A DNA stretch of 64,000 nt, taken from assembly GCA_021613535.1 (NCBI GenBank), contig CP075497.1, positions 7,502,001 to 7,566,000 of the forward strand, given 5' to 3'. The notes below the pieces were generated by a model, which saw only the letters and a list, made by a program, of their open reading frames with translations, had not been told where the DNA came from and searched no databases. Source of the stretch: Adineta vaga. Taxonomy: Eukaryota > Animalia > Rotifera. Positions 38,201 through 54,060 of the stretch are shown in pieces. Within the stretch, counting starts at the first letter, position 1. The number at the start of each line of letters is the position of its first letter. The position numbers and the translations under genes are program-made.

Positions 38201-41200
38201 GTATCGAGTAATAAATTTCGACAGATAGGATATAAAGATGGTAATTGTTCATTAACAAATGAAATTTTTTCTTCAGTAATATTGGTTAAAAGTGGACTCA
38301 TAAAACAAGTCCATTCATCTTGTGTAATATAGGATACATTTGTTTCTGGTTCTACTGTTGTTTCAACTTGTTCTTCATGAATAGTTTCTGTTGTTATCAT
38401 TCGAGATCGATTAGTTTTTTCATCAGCTGCTTCACGTTCAATTGTTGTTGTTAATAAAAATGAAAATAATAATTGATGCTCAGCAAATAAACTCCATGAA
38501 ACAAGTTGATAAAGCGTATAAGTTAAACGATCAACCATTGTACGAAGTGTTGCTGCTCGTTGTTGCGGACTAATCAATTGTGAATATTGTTTAGTATTAC
38601 GTCTTAGTCTTTGTATAACTGGTGGTGGACCGAAGTCATGTGTTGAATCTTCACTAAGACTCAAGCTAGGTGATCGCATAGGATTACTAAATATTGAACT
38701 TCGTCGCCTTTGTTGTCGCATTAAACGTTGAGCTGTTTCTAAATCCGGTGCTAAATTTGTCATACTCATACGACGTGTTGTATTTCGATCTAATATACAT
38801 GAATGAAATGTACGTTGAAACCAAGTTAAAGAAAATTGATACATCACATTTAAACGTGATAAATGATTAATAAGAAAATAGAGTAATGAACCACGTTTAG
38901 CTAAGGAAACATAACATTGGCGTGCTATATTTATCTGTCGTTCATTCGCTTCATTATCACGAACACGATTGGCAATTTCATCACTAGTAATTTTCGAACG
39001 AGTAAGAATATCGATAAGATCCTGACGATCAAGTAAATGTTGTTCCGATGATGTTAACATTTCTAATGTTTGATCTTCATATTCACGAAGACTTTTTAAA
39101 TCTTGTGCCATCGTTTCTAAGATATGTTTTCGATCATGTTCTAAATGTGGTTCTTCGTTTAAAACAACAACACTCAATAGTTGATGTTCTAAACCATTCG
39201 GTGTAATTGTAAAATTAACTAAAATATAAAGAAAGAAGAATTTCGAAAGATTGTTAAAGATTCGTTTTTCTTTTTACTTAAGGTAACACGAATACAGATG
39301 TCAGGAAGAAAATGTGGATTATTTAATTGTGTAATGAAATAGACACGAAAATTTGAATTCAATTCAATATCAACATCATTAAAACGTATGGTTCCTGTTG
39401 ATGAAAGTTTTCGATCGAATAGATCACGATTGAGTAATGGTAATAAAGAAGATTCAATCGTTTCACCAACATTTTCAATAATTAATGGTAAACCAAGTCG
39501 AATACATTGTTCACAAACACGTAATAAACTTGTATCATCCGAAGAAACAATACGAAGATTATTCTCTGTTTCTTTTGTTCGAATCCTATGAATAACAAAA
39601 GATAATAACAAATCAATCGATCTATCTAAAACGTACCATTGAACTGCTTGACGTTGTGGATCGATTAATAATGGCCATTTGATACAATGTTTAACAAGAA
39701 CTGCATTTTCACTATACGAAAAGAAACGATGAAAATGAAAAGATTGAATATTACAAATCAACTTACATCGAGCATTCGTCATCTGGTAATAATTGACTAA
39801 TCCAATTTCTTATTTCACTTGTGGCTGATAAAATCGTTGCTAATGTATAATTGGCTGTAAAATTAATTTGATTATCTGTTAGAACTTTTTGAAAATCTCG
39901 TAAAATTTCTTGTCGAAATTCACTATTAAATGGTCCAAAATAATTTACTGCACCAGCTGATAATAATGCATCTCCAATGAGTAAACGTACTTGTTCTTCA
40001 AGTTGAGTAACTTGTTCTTGCCAACGAACTTTTTCAATTGCTAGAACATTCGTCAACTCATGTGCACATGACATACGTTGTTTCATTAATTCACGTCGAG
40101 AATATAAAGCTTGTTTTTCATTAACACTATTTCGATATTTATCTTCTAATTCTTGAAGATGATCTTTAACAAGTTTAAGCATTTCTTGTTTTCGTGATAA
40201 ACTTTTCTGCATGACAGCTAAAGCTTCATTGGCTGTTTTCACTTTCTCTTCTTTTGGTTTAACTGTTCGATATACTTCATAATATCGTTGAATAGCAAGA
40301 ACCCATTTACAAAATGATCGACATGCTGATGAGACTTTACCAATTACATCCGGTGTAAATTCTGGATTACGTGAATATTGTAAAAGTTTTCGATATGTTC
40401 GATCTGATATATTATTTATATCAAGATTCGTTAAACGACTGATAAAACCAGAATCTCCAAGTACTTGTCGAGCTGTTGCCCAATCTGATTTACATTCTAA
40501 TAGAACACAAACAGCACACATGACCATCATAACTTGATAGGGTGGACTTTGATAGACTCGAACTTCAGCTACATCAGCTTTATCCAGTTGCGAAACATCA
40601 GCCATCGCTTCTTCTAGAACAGGTTTAACACTTAACAGATCAAGTTCAGCAATTCCAGCATAACGTTCAACCATATCTGTATCTTGACGAACTTTTTGTT
40701 CTTCAACTTCAACAATTTCTTTGACTTCAATAACACCTGTTTGATCTTTTTGTAATTGATTTAATAATTGTTCAATTTCCTAGAATCGAGAGACCAAAAT
40801 TTTTAATTTTTAAATATTATCTCTTCTTGACACTAACTTTTTCCTTCGCATCAATTTGTGGTCCAAGTAAAGCTAATTCGTCACGCATGACACTAACACT
40901 TGCATTAGCATCGGATAATTTCGCTAGACCTGTTGATAATCGATTATAATTTGTCTACGAAACAAAGACATGAAGTAAAATAAAAAAATAAACAAATTTC
41001 AATCATACTAGAAAATCTTGCTTTGTTCGTGTCATCATTCGATCAAATGCTTTCATTAGATCCATATACGATGAAGGTGTTAGATAATAATGTCGTTTAT
41101 ATGCAGCAAAGAATCGTTTTGCCGCTTCAACAACAATCTTATGCATTGAAACACAACAAAGTGCTATGCGATGATGAAGTGCTTTTTCATCGAGTATACC

Positions 41201-44200
41201 ATGATCCGAAGATAAGATTCTAAAATGTAATTTGTTTTTCAGTTGTATAAGTTTATTTGTTTTTGAATATTTTACTTTAAATCGACTGCTTCAAGAAAAA
41301 CATCAGCTACTTGTACCATTGACATTTCACTCCATTCTGTAAACCAATCGATACTTGTACAATTGAGTAAAGCAGGATGTAAACGACAGATTTCACGAAA
41401 TTTATTACCCGCTGGAGAAAATGAAAGAATTACATGTAAATTAGTTCGAACACGCTAGAATTATCAAGAAAAATCGAATGATTATACACGTTTAAAGATT
41501 ATTTCGATTTACTTGATAGAAGAATTCACGAAGTTGACCAGGTGTATCACTCATATTAGCTGCATAAGCATCATTTTTAAGATCCATCGTCAATGCATTG
41601 AATTCATCTGGTTCAAATAAATCAACTACTGTACCAGAATTTAGAATACTTTCGATATCTTCAATGAAACTATCCTAAATAAGAGAATAATGGAAATAAT
41701 AGATTGAAAAATTAGACGAAAAGAAAGAGCAAAATAGGAGCAGTTTAACATATATATATATATGTATGGGTATAGCTTATTATTACCTCTTCTTAACTAA
41801 AAAAGTGACAAAAATGATAAAAAAAATTGTTCAAGAAAGATGAGAGAACTTTACTTACGGATAATATATCTTTTTCTTGTATAAATAAAGCCATTGGACG
41901 GTTTTGAACTGTGACAGCTTTGAATACCTAAAATGAATGTATATTGTGAATTCTCTGGATAATTTCTCTCGTAAACATGGTTTGAGTAATACTTACAATT
42001 TTTAAATCATCACGAAATTCTTGATATCCATAACCACGTTTAATATTCAATTGAAACATCGAATGTCCACAAATCAATGCACTCAATTCTAAACATGTTT
42101 TTCGACCCGTTCCATCAAGACCAATCAATAAGAGATGTCCTCCTGGTTGTTGTATAACTCGACATATTCGTAAAACATGTTCGACAGCTTCTTTGAAAAA
42201 GACCATTTTCAGCGTTGATTGTCCACTTAATGATTGTTTCATTTGATAATCCAAAAATACTGGACAACATTGACGCCAATCATTCAATTGTTGATATAAA
42301 TGATCATCAGATTTTAAGAAATTACAAAATAATAAAGGATTTTTTGAATAATTTGAAACATCTAATGAAACTTTGAAATAACTATTCGTTGTAGCATTTA
42401 AATGTTTATAAAATATTGCTAGATCACTTTCGGTGACTAATCGATCGGCAAAAACACGTAAACATTCATGAGCAAATAGAATTGCTAAACATTCTTGATT
42501 CGTTGTTGTTAAAGTTGATGCTTGCATCAAACCTTGAGCAAGTTTAGCTAAATCTCGAAGATTAAATATATAGTGTACTTTCGATGGTGTTGGAAGAATA
42601 TTGATTAATACTCGATAATACATGACAAGACAAGCAGAAACAAGAAGATACAGTGATGAACGAACATCAGCAGAAAAATCTAAACTATTCAGAAATCGAC
42701 CAAGGCGAACACTGTATATATGAAAGAGTTGTTTCGCAGCTGGATCAGGTAAAGCAAATATTGAAAACGAATGAAGTAAACGTTTTGATGGTGCACATCG
42801 ACCTGATGATGGTGAATCACAAGCAGCGAGAAATGTTAAATCAGACAATGGACGCATTTGATTTTTCTTTGCATCAAGAGCTGATCCTAAAAATAAGAAG
42901 AAGTATATGATCCATAAACACGTTTTCTTCTCTATTCAGTCAGTACCTGTTTGAAGAGTATATCGTAATGTTTCAAGTGTTGGTTGATCACCAAATTGAT
43001 CAACTTGTGGAATATTTAAATCATCGATAAAGACTAATAACCATTTACCTTGTTGGCAACCAAGTAAATTTCCTTTCTTCTTCACTAAATTGCTTATAAT
43101 TTGATTGACAAGTTTGTTTGGAGTAGTTTGAGCACTCATTTGAATTTTTAATGATTGCAAAGCTAAGGAGTAGAAAGAAAAACAAAGATATACAATGTTA
43201 TCTTGTAAATAGATTTCAAAACGGAAAAACTTCTCTATGTAAACCATGTTAGTACCAATATCAAATCATCATTAGTTATAATATCCTTTCAAATTTTTGG
43301 GAATTCGTATTATATATATATATATATCAATCAAATATTAATACGAATGAAAGGATCGAATCTTAGTTTCAAGACTTACTTTTCAATTTCGAACGATGAG
43401 GAGCATTTCCTGATCAATGTAAATTATCAAAAGGAAAAAACTCGTTTTTTTTCATCTCTACTTACCATCACCTTTCGTTGTTTCGGGAGAAACATCTGTT
43501 GCTTGTGCTAGTTTACTTGTAGCAATACCTCTTGCTGCATTATATTCTAGAACATCACCTAAAATTGTACCTGGTCGAATAAAATTTCCATCGGGTAATG
43601 TTAAAGATCGAAGCATAGCTTCAATCAATAAACTTTTTCCAACACCACTATTTCCAGTTAAAAGAACCGGGACTTTATGGATAAGAATTGAAGTGATTAA
43701 GAATGAAAATCGAACAATATCAACTGTTGGTATCACTACTGACATTTGTTCACTTTTGATCAATTGTTCCGTTTTCGGAACAAGTGACTCCCATTCATGA
43801 TAGATAAATGTATTTAAATCGATCATATAATCAAATATCATACGTGCTTCAGGTGGTAAATAAACGGAATAATTGATATTTGCACCGAATAAATCACTAG
43901 ATTAGTGGATTTATAATTAGAGAGATTTTAAGAAACAAAAAGAAACTTACCGAACAAAAGTATCAAATTCTTGAGTTGTTTGATCATGTTCAACTTTAAT
44001 TTGTTCTTTTTGATTGATAAGATTATCATCTTCAAAATTATCTTCACGCTAAATGTACACATATATACATGAATAGTTTGTATAAAATGTAAACGCGAAG
44101 CAATTATTCATACTTTTAATCCGCCACCAAAACTCCAAACATAGCAAAAGACATAGATACGTATTAAACATTGACGAATATTTTTCGGATTTTTTTGTAA

Positions 44201-47200
44201 ATAATATTGTTTCTTATCATTGATGATATATATAACTAATTCATCACTAGAAAAAGATAAATAAATGAAATAGTTGGACTAGTTTGATCTGTATGATCAT
44301 ACCCTTGAGCGTGTTGTTTCAGACCGTACGGTTTTGGTGGCTCGTCTAAAATAGATTTAGAAAATAGTAAGTAGAAGAAATAGACGATGTAGGTGTGCAT
44401 GTGATTGCTATTCATTTTTCTTCTAAAAAAAACAGAAGCAGGGAGGTAAGGGTATCAAACCTTCGCTTCTCTCCTTGAGAAAAGGATTTTTTGTCATTTC
44501 TTCAATAGAAATTCAAATCAAAATACATTTCCTCTACTTATTAGTCTACAAAAATTCCTACTCGCTGCTGCTGCTGTTATATTTCGTTGATCTTCTTCTC
44601 CAAATCCTCCATTTTTATCCATATAATTCAAAAATGTTGATAATAAATAACAAAGAGTTTGTAAAATATTTAGTTTTGACACTGGCATATGCCATGGATC
44701 TTTGAGTTGACTGAGAAAAGCAAATCCTAGAAATATTCTTTTCTTCGATGAAACAGGTACAGAAACTAAAAATCAATGAACCTTTATCGATCGAAAATTC
44801 CATTAATTCTCGAAGAAATTCAATTGCAGCTGGTGGAAATTCTGCCGGTAATTTACATCGATACCAATAATTTAAAAAAGGCATATAACCAAGATCCGTT
44901 GGATCAAAATAAACCATTGCACAACGGCTAACCGTAGCTGGAGATGAATTGACTAATGAATCAACTTCAAATAAAATTCGTGTATGTCCAGATAGACCAA
45001 TACGTTCACCATTTGCCAAACAAAGAATTTTCGAATCATCAAGAAGCTATCAATGATTTAAGAATGATCATTGATCAATCTTTACGAAATATCAATAACT
45101 TACAGTATTCAAATTTTCAACCCATAGTGTATCGATAGGACCATCAAGAACTAACCATTGCCAATGATCAATATAATTTTGTTCAGTCTATTATGAATAA
45201 AGTGAGTTGTTATAGAACTACATTGAAAACTACATACCTTTTCCGTATTCATTTGAGATTCTTGACTTTTAGCATACGCTCGCATAGTAGTCGCAAGCTA
45301 AACACAAAGTTCATCAGTTTTATATTCGAAAAAAAGACAAACGATATTTCTTACCATTCCATCAGTAAATTCTAATGTATCTGGATTAACTGCTCCATAT
45401 AATTCAGATATTTGCATTGCTTTTGGATTTAAAACGGTGACATCAACAGTAGCCAATCGATTTTGTCGAGTCTTTATCATCAAAACTACTCTTCAACTAT
45501 TGAACTATTCTATTTTACTCACCTGTGTTGCATCTTTTGTCATCGTTGGTAAATAAGTTAATGCTTTTTGAAGAATATTTCGGGCTGCTGTTTTTCCACC
45601 TCCTGCACCGCCAACTAACATAGTACCATGTCGAAGAACAATTTGATTGTAAAGTTGCAAAGCTTTATCAGCTTGTGCTGGCCAATATTCATAATTTAAA
45701 TCTTTAATCGCATGTTTAATAGCTTGTTGAATTATTTCATGTTCATTTAAATCTTTTCCAGCTTGTGGAAAAAGATCACGAAGAATATCAAGAAAAAGTG
45801 CTGCATCTTCCTTAAGTAATTTCGGAAGATTTGATTCAACTAATGCTTGTAACATAATATTTTCCTACATTGAAGAAGAAGAAGAAGAAGAAGAAATGTG
45901 TGAGATTTTGTTTTTGATTAAATAAATGAATTATTCATACTTCAGATTGTTCATCGGTTAGATTTGGATCTTTTGTATGTGATCGTTTGATTTCACCAGC
46001 AGTTAAAAGGACAGCTTTAATTGCTCGCATACCAAAATCATAATGATCTTGTTGAGATAATTGACTATTGGATAAATTATATAGATAAACAATTTTCGTT
46101 GCTAAAATCTTCGCCGAAGTAAAACCAACAGAGAAAAGAATGACTAAAAGATTTCGGATGAAGGAAGTGCTTGCGAAATATTCATTAGATTACCTTCACC
46201 AATCAAAGAAAAATATGGAATCATCATAGCAATCGGTCGAAACATAGGTTTAAGATTATCAGGTAATTCAACACGACCAGAATACGTCGGATTCCTAGAA
46301 GAAAAGAACTAAAAGATCGTTCGCTTGTCTTTCAATTACTTACATAGTCACAAAAAATCCACAAGATGAATTCATTTTTATTTCACGACCATCAAATGCA
46401 AACCTTCAAGAATAGAATTTGTTGATTTCATTTGTTTTTTTTAGAACTACGTAAACTTACCGTAGAGCATGTGAATCTTTTGCTGTTTTAATAGTTAATA
46501 ATTGTTGTGCAACGACAGATAAGACTTCAACATCAATACGATTAAATCTAAACAACAAATATGAAATTTATTGGCGAAAAAAAGTAGAGAAATCGAATTT
46601 ACTCATCAAAACAACACCACGATCCTAAATACAGAAAAGACAAGTGAAATGAAATTTAATCATCAAATCATACCTGATTGAGCTAAACCACTGAACATTT
46701 TACCGAGAGTCTAGAAATATCATTATGTTGTTTTTTGAAAAGTACCAATGTAAAATTGAATATTTTTTTACCTTATGATCCAGTTCATCAGAACAATTGA
46801 ATACTAAACAAAGTTTTCCAAATGATTTGGATAAATCTTTCACTGTTTCTGTCTTTCCCGTTCCAGCAGGTCCTAAAATACATCAAACATGTTCAATACA
46901 GAACCATACGAGGATCTTATATCATACCCGATGGTGCACCACCAAGATTCAGTTTGATCGCACCAGTCAATGTTAAATAACATCTTTGAAAAGAAAAAGA
47001 AAAGAATTTCTACACGAAACAAAATAAAAATAAAAATTCATACCGATCAGTCAATGGTGTCACGACTAAGCGACTTGAACATCCAAGATATTCATATCCA
47101 TATGTAAAAGTAGCATCACCTTGTAGAATTTGAAACGTTGTCTCTGTATCATTCCATTCATATCGAAGATGTTTTTGCCATTCAAAATCATTTCTATCTC

Positions 47201-50200
47201 GAATCTATTTACAATTATTGAGAATAACAATATCTATCATTCACGCGTATTTCTTAACTTACATGATGTTTGATAAGCATTTCAAATATATCACGCCAAT
47301 GAACTTGTAATGTTAGTAGAGCTTCAACAGTTAATAGTTTGGTATGTTCAATTTGTGCAAAAACTAATGCACAAACATTATTGATTGTTGTAATCATTTG
47401 ATTACGTGTTTCAATAAGAGCTTGATCAGTATTTGTTGAGACAGAATCAAATATTTTATTCACTTGTTGTGTATACATAACTTGAGATATGGTTAAAACA
47501 ATTTGACCAGGATGTTTAAGAGTCCATTCGATAAAATCTGCATTCTTTATATCCGCTAAACCTGCCTATAATCATAAATAAATTCGAAAGCAATGATAAT
47601 TGGAATGATGAATGAAAAATAAATTTACTTTGAGATGATGCTTAACTGAATCATACATTGCTTGTTCAACTGCAGTTAACCATTGTTCAACGACACCTCT
47701 TGGTCGAATGGTTTTTGTAAAATTAACCACTTCACCTAGATAATTCGAATAATTAGAGAAAAAAAAGAATATGAATAAATTCGTCATTACCTTCAACGGA
47801 TTGCATACTGGTAACCATTTCCGTTGGTGATTTAACAATACGTAAATAGAAAATATTCGCAAAACATTTACGTAAATGTGGCTAGAAAAGATATTCAAAA
47901 TTGATGTGATATTGTACATTTATTGATGTAAATGTAACATACTTGAACACAATTTGCATCATTAGCATGTGAAAGAATATCTAATAGATCTTCATTACTA
48001 AGAAAAAATAGACGAGGAAAAGCGAGTCGTTTTGTTTCTAAATAATCCTAAATAAATCAAATATTAATAGATAATTCTAATTTTGTTGTCCCTAGTTACT
48101 TCAAGAGCTCGTTGAATTTTCTCCATCTGTGCATTATTCATTTGTAATAATTCTAATGTACCTGGTTGCGTTGTTGCTTTCAATGCATTCGGTAATTGTT
48201 CTGTTCTTCGCATTAATTCTTTCCATTGTTTATCTACTTGTGCGAAAATCTTTGTTTCTTGTGTTAATTGAATATCAGGTGTCGAAAAGATTTGTTCTAA
48301 ATAAAGCCAACGTCGTTGACAATTTATCCATTCATCAATCGTTTTTGCTAATAAAGTTAAACGTTTATCCCATTCATCTACTAATTGCCGAATAGGAGTG
48401 ATATATCTCGATGATTTTATTGTTGACATTGTTATCTAAATCAAAATTTCAAATGTAGATTTCTTCAAGATAATCAAAATTGATTTACTTGACTTTCTTC
48501 TAGTTGTTGAAGAATATCTTCGTAACCAATAATAATAAATGTATCTTTACCGGTATGTGGTAATAAACGAAAATCTAATAATCTCCATCTAAATAAATAG
48601 TTTTCGAGGTTTTTTTGAACTATACTTTTGTAGAAAAATTCCTACCTTTCGATGATTTTATTTAACATTGTTTCTAACGATGCTTCATTGGATGCTAATG
48701 ATGATACATCAGTAATTTTATCTGTTAAATTTAAAATATCTGGTCGAAGTAATTTATTTAATTTTAAATATTCATCATCAATAATATCTTTTCCAATCAA
48801 TACTCGTAAACGATCAAAATGTCTTTTTTTCATATTTGGATTACGTAATGCTAATATAACTGGCATAGCAGCTTTGAATTCCATTACACGTTCTTTTAAT
48901 GTCGGAATAATATTATTCGGAGGTAAGGCTTTTTCCAAAATGTAAATATTTTGAATGAATTTATTCACTTCTTTTTGTAAAAGATCAATATCAATTGAAT
49001 CGAGAACAGTATTTGTCCATTCACGATAGAGTTTTGTCCAATTCTGTTGAGAATCCCATAAAAGCTTACGTAAATTAATATCTTGTTCAATATCAGTTAA
49101 TTCATTATATAGACTATGAAGACTAACAGTGACATTTTGAGTACGATATTTTGTTGTTATTTGATAATCACTAAAAGAAAAGAATGAGAAACGTTTCGTA
49201 TTTATGTAGAATCGATTACCCTAAAATACGTTTTTTCGTTGATTGTTTACTAATCTGATTGAAACGTTCTTGATATGTTGTATAATTCTTTGCTTTTTCA
49301 TTTAATCGAGCTAATGTATCTTGTAGTACTGAGATAATATCCAATGCTGTTTGAGCACGTGTATTACTAGTTAATAAAGTTGGGTCTTTGGATTTATTTT
49401 TTAATTCAATTGTTTGATGATATAAACGTTGAATCATTTCATCTAATTCAATTGTAAATTTTTGAATATTTTCATCACATTGAGCTTCAGTATAAAGTAA
49501 ACTTGACTAGAAAATAATAGAGAAAGAGATTGTTGAAAAATGATGACAATGAATTGTTACTTTTAATTGATGATAAATCGGTGCTAATGAACGATACAAT
49601 GAATAATCTTCCGGTGCGATTTTAATAGAAAAATCTTTGATAATATGAAACATTTTCGAAATTGTTTGAAATTCATTTTCAAGATTTCCTAAATCATTGT
49701 TTACTTTATTTAATACTGCTAAATGTTGAACAAATTCTTCAACGGATCGTGGATCACGATCTAATTGTTTAAGAACATCCTTAATGAAGAAAAAGCTTTC
49801 AAAACAGAAAAAAGAATGAAACTTTCGGATCATTTACTCGAATTGTTTTTTGCATTCGTTCGTTCTTCTCAACTGCAACCGGTGGTAAATATTCTGCAAT
49901 TGTACCGATAACTTGTTCCGGATATGGTATTGACGAATCATAGAAATGTTGTGCTTTAAGTTGAATGAGTCCAATACGTTGATCAACAATCATTTGTTGC
50001 ATTTTTTGTAATTGTTGTGTATGTTTTGTCATTAAGAAATGAATATCTTCTGTATTTAATTCTTTTTGTTCAAGTTTTTCATTAATATGTAATTGTTTAC
50101 AACTCAAAACCATATCACAATATTTTTGATATCGCTAAATGAAAGAACATTGTGTTAATGTATGTATCATTTATGTTTTTACAAATCAAACTTGAATAAA

Positions 50201-53037
50201 ATTTTGAACATTCACTAAAGCTTGATTGATAGTACTTAATGTATCAACGATCGTTTCTTGATGACCAACATCATCTCCGAAAAGAAAATCAACATCTGGC
50301 CAATGAATATTTGAAGTATGAATGGGCACTCGACCAAGTGGATTGGATGATTCAAAATTTGGAAATGTACAAAATAAATTCAATGTTGGATGATCTCGAA
50401 GACTTGGTATTTGACCTGAAATAGAAAGAAACGATGAACTTGACTGATTCAAAATTAAGTCAATGAATATCTTACCGACAGATTTTTCTAATCCATTGAT
50501 AATATCTCGTGTAGTATTTTTGAAATCATATTCATTTGGACTAATTTCATATGTTACTCGATCTCGACTGTCAGAGAAACTAGCAAATAAAAAAATATAT
50601 AAAACGCTTAGATTAGTTGACAGAAAAAAAATACAAACAAACCCTCCAGATGATGAATCATCTTCAAGATCATTTAAACGTTTTTTTGGAATTTGATAAA
50701 ATTTCAACAAGAGATTGACTTCAAACATCGGTGGAGCAATTTGATTAATACCAGTACGAATCTATATAGAGATTACAGAGTGTAGAATCATCAATTAGAT
50801 ATTTAGGAAATCATACGCGAGGTAAATCAAGCATATCATCTGGTTCAATTGTTGAATATAAATCATCTTGATCAAGATTTTCACTTTTTAGGATACCATG
50901 TCGTCCGACTTCATGTCGTGGTGATCTTTAAAAACGAAAGTAAAAATGATTTTATTTCCTTTTAAAAAAATAGTCTTACATATCTGAATTGGGATTGGTA
51001 TGAGACGAAGCCTGTGATTCCGGTCGAAAGTGTTGTTTAGCTCGAAGACTTCGAGCAGAAGATGCAGATTTAACACGTGTTAAACGAAAACCTTCATCTT
51101 CTTCTTCATCATTTTGTTGTGCAGTGTTAACAATTTTGAATTCAACAGCAAATGATTCACGTAAGTGAATAAACAAATCTCGTACACATGATTTGACTAG
51201 ACGACGAAGAAATTCTAAGATAATATAATCGAGTAAACGTAAAAAATCTGCTAAACGAATTAATGTATCACGCCAACGTTTTCGTTCAGCGAAACTTGGA
51301 CCATATTCTAATCGAGAAAAAAGTTAATTTTTATGTTTTTGTTCAATCATTTACTTGGTTTATTTTTTATTTGGATTGTTGAATCACGTAATGCGGTTGT
51401 TCGTGTTTGTTGTGCTTCCATATACGATTGTGTAATTCGTTCATTTTCTTCATCATCATCTGGTTGTCGATAAAGACTTGGATCAAGAAGAGCTTCAACG
51501 GGTATTCCTTCTAATTCTACAGCTTTCTACACTCAAAAAGAATTCATTCAGAGAAAATTTATGTCAAATATTTACTTGACAAGCATCAGCTGCAAGTACA
51601 GCAACTTGATCAATAAATTCGTGTAATTTCATCGTGGTAATATTCATTTGTACAAATTGTCGTCGACTAAATTCTTGAAGAGTTAAAGTTTCTTGATATG
51701 CATGACGATCAAGTAAACATAATGGTTGAACACGATCTGCTTGACCATAATAATAAGCTTCGCACATTGCTTTAACATGAGTTAGAACACCTTGAAAGAT
51801 TCCATTAGCAAAGAACAGTCTTCGATTATGAAGAGAACTAAATTAAACAAAATAAAATGATTATGTTAAAGTAATGTTGATGTCTTTGGACATTACATTG
51901 TTCGTTGACGTTTTTTAGCTTGAACGTTAGACCACCAACAATGAAAGGTTCGCCATTTTCTTTAGAAAAATTAAATGAAGATAAAGTTTAACAAGAGAAG
52001 AAAACTAAACAAACCGAAAATTAGAGAAACATGATAAACGATTCGTTAAATAAGTATATTGATATCGTTCCCATAACCAAACTAAAGCTGGAGTGATATG
52101 TGTCTGAGTAGGATCTAATTGATCAACCTATTCAAAAGAAAAAATAATTTTAAAATAATCAACTTATATATATATATATATCTCATAATATTTTACATAG
52201 GTAACATTAAAAGCAGATACAGTCCAAAAGAAAGGTAAAGAAATAACTTCAAGTTCATTGGATTGAATTTCTAATTCATATGGATTGTAAGGTGCATAAT
52301 GTTTATTTCGCCCAGCTAATAAACAATAATAGAAGATACCATTTCTTTCTGTATGTGGAGACTGAAAAATAGAAAAGGTATACAATATATATTGTCTCTA
52401 CTGATCAGTTTTCATTACTTGTTCATTTTTTGAATCGGAAAGATATTCCTCAAGTCCTCGTTTTCCTCCAGGACCATGAAGAGGTATTTGAATTGGAAGA
52501 CCAAGTTTTCTACGAAGTCGAATTAATTTATATGCAGCATCACGTAAGTTTTGTTCTGCTTCAAATTTTAACCAAACAATTGGTGTTGCTTTATCATGTA
52601 TTGATGATCTCGATGGTTTTCTTGGTGTCTCCTCTTGCTCTATTCTCCCACCGAGTTTCCTCGGTGATATTAAGCGTTCATTTTGCCATCTTTCTAATCT
52701 GAAAATCAACAATAGTTCAATTCTTGTATTACAGATTTTCATTTTCTTACGATCTAAGATGAAAAGGTAATTCCGCACGAGGTTCTTCACGTAACAAAGC
52801 ACGAGCTAGATGTTTCTCAGTAACTAAATATGGTAATGTTCCATCCGTCTACAAACAGAATATTACTGGAAAAAAACTAGTCTAAAGATAGAGAATATAT
52901 CTTACATCTTGTGCTATATATTCTGCATATGCTTTTGCATCACAAGTTTCAAATGCACCTTGATTAGATTCACGAAATTCGTTTAATTTTTGAGGAATAG
53001 TGGATGTATTCAGCATTTTTCGTTTGGTTTCTGACAT
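35238..53037 (-). CDS. Axonemal dynein heavy chain (inner-arm type, DNAH14/DNAH6-like), many exons
   Basis: P1 [14 protein letters not shown] with WCCFDEFNR; P2 VGGAGGGKT; P3 GNSGVGKS and FIDDLNIP; P4 [10 protein letters not shown]; stalk/MTBD; WPLLIDPQ; YGGRVTD; GMHPN. Probable ATG at 53037 and TAA at 35240-35238. Confidence 0.93.
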
Positions 53038-53921
53038 TTCGTATTCGATTTATTTAGATATGAAGAGTAAGTTTCTCAAAATGCACGTTGAAAACTTTGC
53101 CATTTACACTTGATTAAAAAATAACGTCGCTTAGTGATGTTCTGTACTGTAAATCGAAGAGGTCACTGTTTTATGTGATTGATTTTTTGGAAGGAGAGAG
53201 AAAAGATGAGAATATAATAATAGAATGACTAGTGAGTGATTACTACAATTTATTTGATGTTGAACAATGTTTAGAGGATAATAAATGCTTATATTTATCT
53301 CAAGTATACTTGAAGTAGAACGCAGGTATAAGTGAGTGATGAGTATATAAACAATAAATCACTTTGAAACTTCACTGTATTGAATTCTTTCGTCAAGATA
53401 TACAATACTAAATATTCAGAAATGAAACGATATTGTTGAGATATTATTCGTGATTTAAAAATAGTTTTTCACACATTATTTCATTCGATTAAGTTTTCTA
53501 TTGATTTCTTCTTTATTCTGTTTGAATAGTTCTAGAAATATAATTTTTTTTAAAAAAGGAGATCATCTAGCAATATAGATTCACAGTTCCATATAGATTG
53601 TGCAATGAAAATATTGATAGATAGTTTTATGTCAAATAACATGAATTATTATAGTGAAAATGTTAGTTACGTAGAACACTCTCTAGTTTTAATGACCGAC
53701 AGATACGCATATGATAGATCAATTCTTTTTATCTCTATGATTGATAAATTCTTGGTTTTATTGTTAATTGTAGATCGTCACTTAATAACACTAACAAAAT
53801 CGTTTTACTTGTCTCAATAATCGAATAAGATTAAAAAGAGATTTTAAAAATGTGAAATTTGACTACCATATATTTGTCATATAACGACCTCTGTAATATT
53901 CTTCTTCAGTGAAAGAGGTTC

Positions 53922-53934
53922 GTTGCATGACTAC
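53922..53934 (+). promoter_or_regulatory. Weak candidate RFX X-box-like site in the dynein/PIERCE1 divergent region
   Basis: GTTGCATGACTAC is an imperfect, 13-nt match to the GTYNYYATRRNAAC-type consensus. Confidence 0.2.
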
Positions 53935-54060
53935 ATTGATTCTGATTCTGATGGTAAGAAGAAAAAGTTGCTTGTTAAATCAAAACATTTTAACAAGAGT
54001 TCACACTAACATAAACTTCCTTTCAATATAATTATTGTTCGATATATTCGTACAAAAAAG

